64,000 bases of DNA from the human T2T-CHM13v2.0 reference genome, Homo sapiens. Under the pieces are notes generated by a model. The model was not told the DNA's origin. It saw only the letters and a list, made by a program, of their open reading frames with translations, and searched no databases. The position numbers and the translations under genes are program-made. Positions 49,725 to 64,000 of this stretch are shown one piece after another; position 1 is the stretch's first letter; the number at the start of each line of letters is the position of its first letter. The stretch lies in NCBI RefSeq assembly GCF_009914755.1, contig NC_060931.1, one strand, 5' to 3'.

Positions 49725-50687
49725 AAATTCATCTCAAAAATATTACTGAGTGAAAAAATTTAAATGCAAAAGTTACCTAGAGTAGGATATCAATGCTTTA
49801 AATTTTAACACATAAAACAATTCTTGATATTATTCATAAACACATACCTATGTAGAAAACCTATAAAACATTCATGAGAATGATATACTTCAATTTCAGG
49901 CTACTACTTACCTCTGGGGAGAGAGGAATAGAAGGAGAGACAGAAAATTTGATAGAGTAAGGTTTTAGCTATGCTTGGAAGGTTTTTTAAAGGTGATGCA
50001 AAACAGTAGGCAAAATGTTAACATCTATCAACATCCAGACAGTGGGCTGTACAAGTGTCAGTTATATCATTTTTTGTAGTTTTTTGATATGTTTGAAATA
50101 TTGTATGATTTAAAAGTTTTTAAATTACTACTTAAATGAATTCTGACTTTAAAAAACAGTATCACTAGCACAAAACTCATCTGTCTGAAACGATGGCTGG
50201 ATTTCTTACATCTATGCATTACTTTGTAATGAGAGAACAATTAAAGATAAACATACACTTTGAAACAATGTACTGACTATAAATTAGCCTTGCACAATCT
50301 TGCTTTTCCTTTCCCTGCCAACAGTTACATTCTTACAACAACCAAAATGCAGTCTTTTTAAAAAGCACCTATTAGTCAAGACAGTTGTTTTCAAATAATG
50401 GAACCTTTTTGTTCTAGAAGGAGGAAAAAAAGCTCAGATAATGCCTCAGAGCCCAAATAGAGAAAGAAGTATTGTATCAACATTAATATGTTTTTTGAGC
50501 TTAGGTTTGTCAATGTATATTTTATTAAGGTAATAGGCAGGAATAATAAGACTTTTATTAACATAAAAACTCAATCTCTGATATTATAGGTGATCATTAT
50601 AATAATATAGCAAGCTTCCACATTCAATACGCTTTTGTGTGTTGTTGCCTTACTTAATGTGGAGGAAACGTGAATACATTCCCACCG

Positions 50688-51382
50688 TGTATTTACCAGT
50701 TTTCCATTGCTGTATAACAAATTACCAGAAATCTAAGAGTTTAAAACAGCACAGATATATTTATCTCCACAGTTTCTATGGATCAGGAGTCTAGCACCTT
50801 TTAGCTGTCTCCACAGTTTCTATGGATCAGGAGTCTAGCACCTTTTAGCTGGGTGTCTGTGAGGGGTGAAATCAAGGTGTCAGTCAGCTGGGTCCTCATT
50901 TGAAATTCAGAGCCCTCTTCCACATTCACTCAGGTTGTTGTAGAATTCATTTCTTGTGATTACACAACCAAGATCCCTCTTCCCTCTATTTCCCACTGGC
51001 TGTTGGCCAGGGACCCCTCTCAGCTCTGAGAGGTTGATCTTAGGGCCTTTCTCTGTAGCCCTCTCCACAACATGGCAGTTCGCTATTTCTCGGGGCCAAC
51101 AGGAAGACATCTCGTTAATGCTTCACCTTCTTTTAAAAGTCTATCTGATTAGGTCAGGCCTACCAAGATATTCTCCCTTTTGATTACTCCCAAATCGACT
51201 GATTGAAGACCTTAATGACACCTACAAAATCCTCGTTGCCATACGCTGTGACACAATCACAGAAGTGATAGCCCCTCTTATTCACAGGCCCAGATCACAT
51301 TCAAGAGGCAGGGATTAGATGGGTGTGTAACACTAGGGGTGTGGGAATCTTGGGGCCATCTCAGAATTCCACTTACCATACA
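50688..51382 (-). mobile_element. MLT1E-type MaLR solo LTR
   Basis: ttccattgctgtataacaaattacca, tgaaatcaaggtgtcag, ctgattaggtcaggcctacc and ggggccatctcagaattc motifs. Confidence 0.8.
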
Positions 51383-52059
51383 CAAGGCATTATCTGTCAA
51401 CACAGAGCATTAGCTGGAAATTGCTTTTAAAAGTTTACCTTGAAATCTCAGGAATCTTTCCAGATACTTGGATATTTATTTCATCATGTAAATTTGTATA
51501 AATAACATCTAATCTCAACTCCTTTCTTATAATAAATACTGGAAATCGGGGAAAAGTACTCAAAACTTACAGAAAAGAGGAAAATTAGGTTTTCTCTTTC
51601 ATTAGACACCTGACATGCTCTCAAGCCAATACGCCTGAACTATCCCTGACCTTCCATGAGCCAAGGACACAGGTGCAGCAGCAGCGAACTTGCTGAGATG
51701 ATTTTTCTTGAGTGGGTGGATTCATGCCTGATTTAAGATAAAAGCAATCTTCCCAGTCAATGACATATTTTATAAGTGTAAATATATGCATGGGGGAGGA
51801 GGAAATGAAATGCTTTATATTGAGGCTCTCTCAAAATCAACTTAGCCTGGCATCTTAATAATAATAATAAAGCTTGCCTTCACTGTGCTCCTATCCATTA
51901 TCAGAGTTTACGCTGATTGTTTTATTCATGTTTAAATCATTCAAAACAATATTTTTAAAGGTTGTATAAGTCAACTCCTTCTGCAATTCCTGAAGCACCT
52001 GTGAAAAGTTGCTGAAATGGAACTTTCTTCACAATAATATAAAAGATCTTATTTCAGTT

Positions 52060-52200
52060 CCAATTCCGGCATTCAGAAGCTATGTGACCTAAAACTCCCA
52101 AATGTCTAAGACTACTGTGAATTCTAAAAGCTTAAATGAAATAACTCATGAAAGTGCCTGGCACCTAGGGGGTCCTCCATAAATGATGGCCACATATACC
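52060..52200 (+). mobile_element. MIR fragment
   Basis: agctatgtgacct...aaatgaaataactcatgaaagtgcctggcac. Confidence 0.55.
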
Positions 52201-52989
52201 TAGATGACACAATTTCTTTGACTCATCATTCAACTTTTATCAATAGTTTATAATGAAATAGTTAAGGAACTACATAAAGACTTACTTTGAAGAATGGCCC
52301 CTTTAGCACTGCTTGAAAAAAAAAAAAGACAGAGAGAGGAAGATAAACAATTTAAAAGTCCAAATACAAAGAACTGATTTCAAAAATTGAGTTGAATTCT
52401 TTTCAGCCATTAGGAAAGTTTGACAAATAAATAGGAAATATGACTCACTGAGGAATGACTATGGGCCAAGTGCCTTGCAAACTGTGTTGTTGGCATTACC
52501 TTGTTTAATCCTCATTATATAATAAAGTAGGCTGAGTATACTAACTACTGTGTTATGATGGCTGCTATATATTAAGTCTAGAGCTGTGAAACAATGTGTA
52601 TATTTTACACACTTGTAAAACACAAATATACTTCTAGACTTAAATATGTTTGAAGTAGATACAGTAGAATGCCATTGGTTTTCTCTAAGTAATAGGATTT
52701 TGATCTTTTTTTAATTTACTTTTTTCTAATATGTCTCAATATGCCTAATCTGTGTAAATGTTTTTTGAAGATACTTGAGATTTTGTATCTGCTTGCTTCA
52801 GAGCAGCAGACACTGAAAAAAGAATGCTTTATACTAGTTGTATTAAATCAGTAAAGTGGTACCTCATTTTTTAGCATCTAAAAATCTAAACCTAACTACA
52901 GTGCTGACAAGTCTAGAGCTACAAGAGAGGGGGGACCTGAACATCAAAAAGGTAGAATAAAAGTAGGTGGACAAGACTAGGAAGTTTTT

Positions 52990-55857
<2,868 letters not shown>

Positions 55858-56769
55858 TTAAAAAGATGGCTAATAACTCAATAAAGGAGATGGTAGTGAG
55901 GAAGAGATGGAGCAAAATAAGAATGAAGTCATGGAGAGAAGGAAAGGAAGGAAAAACAATCAGAAGGAAAAGGGCCAGAGGAGAAAGAAAAATAAGCATT
56001 AGGGAGCAGAGAAAAAATGAGAAATGAGAATATATCAGAAAAAAAAAACTATTGGAAGAGGAAGTTATTCTCTCCTCTTTATCTCCTAATGAAATGAAAA
56101 ATCTCAGATAAGATCACAATGAATCACTTTTAAAGTTTGTGTTTTGTAGTATTTCTCCCCCATAGGAGTTCAAAAGCAAATGAAGCTTGTGCTTGATGAC
56201 CAAGGTTGCCTTGACTTACGCCATTCCCAGAGACAGTAAAGAGCTGCAGTTCACCCACCCACCCACCCCTCTCCAGCCCTTTCTCTCAGTCAAAGCACCA
56301 AGAACAAGGCTGCCTTGGAAAAATAAAGAATCGTTACTGCTTTACAAGTGCAGTTGATGGCAACAAAGCAGTCACTTTTATTTTTTGACTTTAATCTTCA
56401 GACATGGTAAAGGCGGTGAATCCCAATTTCTCCCAAAATTGTGCTCAAAAGAAGGTGTAAATATCAAAGTGCCAAATAAACTCCCTCTAAATTTCTTGGT
56501 TTACACGATTATTGTTCCCCCACCCCACGTTTAAAAGAAGCAATAGATCTCTATCATTTATCAATGGAGAAAATTGCCTCACTGTTGCTGCTCTATGTTT
56601 GTATGATGCACACTTTCTTCTATTTTTCTTACTTTATCTCTTTGTCCTTCCTCTTGGTTTAAAAAGTTAAATAACTGCAAAAGTAAAAGACACAGTTTAA
56701 CCTTTGGATAACTTCTGGAAAATAGTATACCTATCTGACAACTTTTCCCTGAAAGAGAAATGTAAAGAA

Positions 56770-57525
56770 ATGATGGGTGGTTTAATTAAAAAGCCCCCAG
56801 ATTCTTTGCCACTCCTTCCATGGGGAGGAGGAGTCTATGTCCCACCTCCATTCCCCTTTTTTTAAAGACAAGAGTCTAGCAATATTGCCCAGGCTGAAGT
56901 GCAGTGGCTATTCACAGGTACAATCACAGTTCAACACAGCCTGCAGACACCTCAGTCCCCATAGCTGGGACAACAGGTGTGTGCCATGCACCAGGCTATG
57001 TCTCATCCCCTCTAATCAGGGCAGGCTTGTGACTACTTGGAGAGATAAAGTACAGCAGAAATGATCCTGTAAACCTCTAAGGCTAGGTCATAACGAGCCA
57101 TGCAGCTTCTGCTTGGTTCTCTTCAAACACTCCCTCTCTGGAAGTGCCCTCTTGTTGGAACTCCTTCTCAGAACATTGCCACCATGCTGTGGGGAAGCCC
57201 AAGCCACATGGAAAGGACATATGTAGGGCACTCAAGTTTACCATCCCAACTGAGCCCAGTCTTTGAGGCATCCAAGCCCAGAAGCCAGACATGAGTGAAG
57301 AAGAGGCTTCCAAATGATTCTAGCCCCCAGCTATTCATGTCTTCCCAGATGTGACTCCAGACATCAAGAAGAGACAAGCCATCATGGATGGGAAGATGTC
57401 ATGTCCAAATCCTGGCCTGGAGAAACAGTGAGTATAAGTAATCATCTCTACTGATAATGAATTTTTGCTTTAGGTTACTAAATTTGGGGTGTTTTTTAAT
57501 GCCCCAATAGATAACCAGAACAATG
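56770..57525 (+). mobile_element. MLT1F/G-type MaLR LTR, interrupted by a FAM
   Basis: attctttgccactccttccat, ctaggtcataacgagccatgcagcttc, gaagcccaagccacatgga and aatagataaccagaaca terminus. Confidence 0.75.
56857..56996 (-). mobile_element. FAM (fossil Alu monomer), internally deleted
   Basis: gtgcagtggctattcacagg is the FAM/7SL-derived diagnostic absent from dimeric Alus. Confidence 0.75.
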
Positions 57526-59136
57526 GGGATCAGAAAGAAACAATCAGACAATAAATTATTGTAACTTGATTCTGATCACAGTGGAAAGAATGGGCAACCT
57601 AGGGCCCTAATGTTACTGAGTGTCACCTCCAGAAAAGAGTTGCAGGCACACTACCTTTCCTGGGTAGAGATAAGTTCATCTTCCTCTTATCTCTCCCCAG
57701 ACTTTCCGCCTAACTTTCTACCTTTCTTCTATTTCTCCTTTTCTTTTTGGTCTTTTTCATGCCTGCCCCCTATGCCTGCCCTTGGGTCACCAGTTTATGT
57801 TCATAGTAGATGTTCGTTATTCCATTAAACAAATGTTTATAGAGCACTGTGCTAGACACTGGGATAACCGAAGTAAAGGAATCTAGCTTTGTTTCTGACC
57901 TTGTAGAGCAAAGAGTGTAATGAAATGTTTTTCCATCTGTGGAGCACAACCATCAGTAGTCATAAAATCATCCTGATGGGTTCTAACAAATATTTTAAAA
58001 ATAGAAAACAGACTAAAAACAACAAAAAGGCATTCCAAGTAGTAAAGTCACTATTTTTTCATCGATATTTCATTTACCCATGACACACAAACACACAAAA
58101 ATATACACAGTGTATATTTCAAAACTTTGCCCAACATAATCTGATTGCTGTTCAACAATAAATCTCATTTTAGAAGTATAAAAACATGAACAGGAGTATG
58201 CTTAGAAGATCTGCAATTAAGTTTCTGGCCTTGAAACAAATTATAAGAATCACAGAGCCATTCTTAGAAGTAATCTTCTTTACTAATAATGGTTTTTGCT
58301 TTTCACTGTAGTTAGTTTTGTTTGGAAAAAGTGTTCTGGTGTTTTTAGGGTCATTTTTGGTAAAGAAGTGCCTGTTTGGAGGAAACCCACGTGTCACTCA
58401 TTCTGTATCTGAGCATTACACAGTTAAATGTTTCAGTACTTCAGTCAATCTATTCATTAGTTTCATAGCTGAACTGGAGAACATGGAATGATCATGACCT
58501 CTGGCATTTGTCCTTGCCTGCAATTCTAGAGGCAGTTGCATCTTACCAAGCATAAGCTAGGGAGCCTAAGCTACAAAGTTAGCTGCCTGTGTAATCATCT
58601 TGTTATAGCCTCTATCCAACCGTCAGTGTAAACATTAAATAACATGTCATAAAACCCACCGACATCTGAGTAATGCTGGTGGCGGTCGCTGCCCTGCTCT
58701 TCCGAGCTCCCTCTCATTTAGGTGACTCAACTTAGGCTGTTTTTTTTTCTTCATCCTGAAATAAGTATATATGCTTCCAAGTCCTCTCTAGAGGAAACAT
58801 AGCAAATGATTTAAAATGATAGCTCCCATCCAGTTCCCAAACTCTAATTAGAAAAGTCTAAAACCACCCAAAAATGTTTTTAGAGACAGCTTCAGAAAGT
58901 CTACTGCCAATTTAGTTTGAGTCACTATGAGCAAAGACACCAGGGCAAAAGAGGGGTGACGATGATGGAAAGAGGAATGGCTGGCTGAAGCCCAATGCCA
59001 GGGCTGGATAGCTCCTAGGGGAAGTCAGGACAATCTGAGGAGGGTGTGTGAGGGTGTGTGTGTGTGCGTGTGTGTGTGTACATATGCACTTCAATTTTCA
59101 CAAGTTGTGCTTGATGGATTGAGAAAGGGCAGAGGC

Positions 59137-59576
<440 letters not shown>

Positions 59577-61910
59577 CTAACTGCAAATAGTTGCATTCAG
59601 TTGTTCCTCGGTTATTGGAAAATGTGTCACCACAGTGGAGTGTGACTGTGCAAAGTTTTTCCTTTATTTAATGAAAAAGCGTGTGGGGGGTAGGGGAGAA
59701 AATATCGGCAAGGTTTCTAAGTCAGTGCCCATGTTTTCCTTCACAGAAGCTCTAAAGTTTTGTATGTATGTAAGCCAACAATTCTCTCTACTCTTCTGTG
59801 ACGCTGCTCCCACAGAGCCAACTGCCTGAAATAAAGAACTGAAGATGGTGAGTCATGTGATTATTAATGGATCTTAGCCTAGGGTGAAATAAAGTAAAAC
59901 TCACTTTCTCAAAATTGAGCAGTAACATAATTTTGAGTACATTATCTCTCACAAACACCATTTGGTTCTTAGAGGACGTTATTTGCTATAATGAGAACAA
60001 AAGTGATAATACTTTGAAACTGTATTACTGTTTGATGATCTGCATCGTGATGGTTATTTGTATATTATAAGGGACCAGACGGTCTCTGTTCCTTATTTCC
60101 CTTGTATCTTTTAAGAATTTTTGGTCAATATCCAGCACAGTACAGATAGTGTGTGTATGTGTGTGTGTGTGTGTGTGTATGTGCATATTTCTTTTCAAAA
60201 GGTAATTAATCAGTTGTTGCAGACTGAAAGCCAAACTAAACTTTTTAACACCATTTTAAGACTCTAAGAGGAACATTAAGATTCATTTATTCACTCTACA
60301 ATTTCTCCACTGTGAATAATCTTAATGTGTATGTGCGTCTTCTGGTAATTGAATTAACCAACATCATACATAATTTATTAAGCAACTAATTGTATTCTTA
60401 TCTTACAAAGAAAACTATGTAACATAAAACCCACAATCTTCCAACACCTACATATTATATTCACAGAACCACGTGAGACACAGAGCTGGAATATACAGTT
60501 TTTGATTGTAAAGTACTTGGAACCTTGCTGAGAGGAAAACATAAATCAGCACAGAAATAGTTAAACAACAGTTCAAGACAACGATAAAGCGATGTAGGTC
60601 CTGATCAGCTAACAGATACCTGAGAGAAAAAGAACTAGTAGACAATAATACCTGTAGCAGCAGAGAGGAGGGGTAGAGATTTATAAGAGGACTGAATTAA
60701 GAGACGAATCTCCAAAAGTGGGGCTACAGTTATGTTAGGCAAGAAGCCAGGGTTTCTTCCAGCTCAAACAATTTAGGATTGGTAAGAAGAGGATGAACTG
60801 TTGTCCTGAAATGGCAGTCATTTAAATGATATTGCTCCTAGGTGTGTGTTTGTTTCTAAGATTCAGCTTTCGAAGCAAGGAGTATGTCATTTCATCTCTT
60901 TATCCTTAGCACCTAATCTAGTACCTGAAATAATAGGAGGGAGATAAAGAGAACTGAATTCCAGGTTAGTAAAGCTACACCAAGGAGACAAATCAACATA
61001 TATTTAGAGAACACTACAGCAGTTTGGCTAAAATTGAAGGAATAAGAGAAAGAATAAAATTGAAAATGTTGACTTGTGATGCACCTTGAACACTGGCTTA
61101 AGAAAGGAGGTTGGACTTCATTCTCTGTTGGCAACAGTGGAAACCAATCAGAATGACACCCTCAGCTCAGGGAGTGCATGGGGAGTCCATGCCTACAAGC
61201 CAGTATGAATTCAAAATATGGTTTTTCATCTCATGCAGGAATAGTGGAAAGATCCAAAGGCTGCTCACTGTTCCACTGGAAAGTGTTTGAGCTTGGTACT
61301 AGGACCAGCTGTACTTGTTAAAGATGCCTGAACCTTAGCCTTGAACTACAGAATCCAAATCTCTAAATTTGGAGCCAAAATCTACATTTAAGGCTAAGAG
61401 CTTTGGAAGATGAAAATACTGGAGGTGGAAATATCACAGCTTTGCTATCAAAAAAATAAAGCACTGCAGAACTCTATGAATATAATAAAAACCATTGCAT
61501 TGTACACTTTACATGGGCAAATTCTAGGGTGTATAAATCTTACCTCAATTATGATGTTAAAAAAAAAGAAGAGTTCATATCCTAGTCAAAAGGTTTTTTA
61601 AGGTACACAGAATCATATGGTCAAATTATAAACCTAGTGACTCAAAAATCATATTCCTAATAATCTCTTCACACAGGACCCCTTCTAATTACCCCAATGA
61701 CTGGAATTGTTATCAACCCAATCTTCCTCTAGATTGAAAACTCTATGGAGACAAGGACTGTACCTTAATTATCTTTCTCATTGCAGCACATTAACTGTCA
61801 AATCTGGGCAAATCCATTTCTCCTTCTTAAAGTCCTATGCTAGGAGTGTCTGAATCCTAAAATTAGGTATGTCCAAAGGGGAAGTTAAAATTTGATATAA
61901 ATTAGTCAGG

Positions 61911-62268
61911 TGACATGTTTTGGCTGTGTCTCCACCCAAATCTCATCTTGAACTGTAGTTCCCATAATTCCCACGTGCCGATGGGAGGTAACTGAATCAT
62001 GGGGGTGGTTACCTCCATTCTGTTCTCACAGACCTGATGGCTTTATAAGGGGCTTTATAAGGGGCTCTCCCCACTTCACTCTGCACTTCTCCTTGCTGCC
62101 TCCATGTGAAGAAGGACATGTTTGCTTTCCCTTCCACCGTGATTGTCAGTTTCCTGAGGCCTACCCAGCCCTGCGGAACTGTGAGTCAATTAAACCTCTT
62201 TCCTTTATAAATTACCCAGTCTCAGGTATGTCCTTATAGCAGCATGAGAAAGGACAGGAATGAATACA
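61911..62268 (+). mobile_element. THE1C/D MaLR solo LTR
   Basis: TG...CA termini, gaactgtgagtcaattaaacctctttcctttataaattacccagtctc; 5-bp TSD tcagg at 61906-61910 and 62269-62273. Confidence 0.9.
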
Positions 62269-62539
62269 TCAGGTAACCGAATATTAACATTTTATCAGGC
62301 TGTGTAAACAGGCAAATTTATCAAGAAGATATCACTTTGGAAATAAATAAAATGAGCTGTTTTATTCAACTGCAGTGTATCATTACTACCCTCAGCCAAG
62401 CTGTCAAGGAGATAATAGATAGTAAGCTCTTCGAAGGCAGACATTTAAGACTATCATCTCGTTCTATGTTTTCCTTGGACTCAAAGTGCTACCCAGCATT
62501 TGTTGTCAATCTCTATGCGAATTTTAAAACAACCATGCA

Positions 62540-62852
<313 letters not shown>

Positions 62853-62959
62853 AAAACACCCATGCATTCTTTTCCTCTCCATTCAACAGTTTTCTCACTG
62901 TTTCTGCCATAGGCTGACAATTCTTCCAACAGAGTGTATTCAGAGTAATCACAAGGAAG

Positions 62960-63390
62960 TCTGCAATCCAATCGTTTGTCATCAAGTCCAGCTTAAAACC
63001 ATCTCAAGGCTTCCCTATGATCTTAGGATGAAGTTCAAGATCTTTAAGATGACCTTAAAAAGCCTTGACAATCAGGGCATATGCAAAACTTTCCAGCCAC
63101 ATCTGGATGGTCCTACGCTGGCTTTATCACTATTTCTCTGCACACCATCAATCTAGCCCACTTTAAGAGGTTCCCATCTATCCTCCCTCCTTTCTTTCTA
63201 GATCTCTGCCTAAATGTCACTTCCTCAAGGCTTAATTAGGCCCAGACACTCACATTTCTCCTTTGTGGCACTCATTGTCACTGTAACTGGTTAATTTCAG
63301 GTAAAGATTTATTTTGTCTGTGATTACCAGGAAGGTTAGAGATATCCCCAGGGTTTAGCACAGTACCTGGCACACACTGGGGAGTCACTT
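62960..63390 (+). mobile_element. L2 fragment
   Basis: gcttaaaaccatctcaaggcttccc; ctctgcctaaatgtcacttcctc; tttagcacagtacctggcacac. Confidence 0.6.
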
Positions 63391-63775
63391 CTAGTCTCCT
63401 CTATTGGATGTGTTCACATGTGGCTTTTTTCCTCCCAGCATGTCCATTTCTCTCTGGCTGCCCAGATGATGAGTGGCAGAGCCCAGATAAGCAGCCTGTC
63501 TAGGAGAGTCCAGTGCTTGCCAAAGGCTGGGGACAGGAATACAAGCAGCCTTTGGGCATCCACGCAACATCCATAGCAGAAATCAGGTTTGGTCATCAGG
63601 CAAAAAGGAAATAATTGGGTAGCAAGACATGGGTTTAACAGAGGAGACCCATGTTAGGCATGTTAGGCATGTTAGGCAGCAGGGTCTCAGAACAGGAAGA
63701 AGAGGCAGCACAGGAGAAATGCTTGGAGTCAGGAAACCCTGAAGAGATAAAGGGACAGGCCAAAGGGAAAAGCAG

Positions 63776-64000
63776 TGTATTAGTCCGTTCTCATGCTGCT
63801 AATAAAGACATACCTGAGACTGGGTAATTTATAAAGAAAAAGAGGTTTAATGGACTCACAGTTCCATGTGGCTGGGGAGGCCTCACAATCATGGTGGAAG
63901 GCGAAAGGCACATCTTACATGGCAGCAGACAAGAGAGGGAATGAAAATCAAGAGAAAGGGGTTTCCCCTTATAGAACCATCAGCTCTCAAGAGACTTATT
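63776..64000 (-). mobile_element. THE1 (B/C/D) LTR, runs off the window end
   Basis: tgtattagtccgttctcatgctgctaataaagacatacctgagactgggtaatttataaag. Confidence 0.9.

Noticed and set aside
56857-56996. 7SL RNA gene or pseudogene
   Set aside because: It lacks the 7SL S domain; length and motifs fit a FAM Alu monomer.
63650-63679. (catgttagg)x3 and other tiny duplications (2029-2060, 26592-26640, 31091-31122, 62039-62064)
   Set aside because: Ordinary slippage-scale duplications; not telomeric arrays and no evidence of function.

Overview
Hominid (almost certainly human) genomic DNA lying entirely within the minus-strand gene ELMO1 (engulfment and cell motility 1). Only two short coding exons are present: 26274-26324 (51 nt, NRNEIKNGTILRLTTSP; missed by the ORF track) and 13627-13796 (170 nt, [12 protein letters not shown]...QMVESGTE), both with canonical AG/GT boundaries. 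The rest is intron, dominated by transposable elements: about 25 Alu copies or fragments, three primate L1 insertions with target-site duplications (TSDs), a full-length SVA, MaLR/ERV solo LTRs, DNA-transposon relics, L2/MIR fossils and microsatellites. Nearly all other ORFs in the track are Alu, L1, SVA or low-complexity artefacts. I find no evidence of a novel gene system. The most interesting signals are rearrangement footprints readable in the sequence: (1) a ~445-bp foreign segment apparently captured inside a chimeric Alu; (2) an internally deleted L1PB with a probable 5' transduction, whose target site was reused by an Alu; (3) a ~355-bp non-tandem local duplication; (4) a triplicated nested-Alu unit; (5) a twin-primed L1 with an unusually distant inverted piece; (6) inverted Alu pairs bracketing both exons. 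Repeat subfamily names are recalled from consensus sequences and need RepeatMasker/Dfam confirmation. Boundaries of old repeats are approximate.
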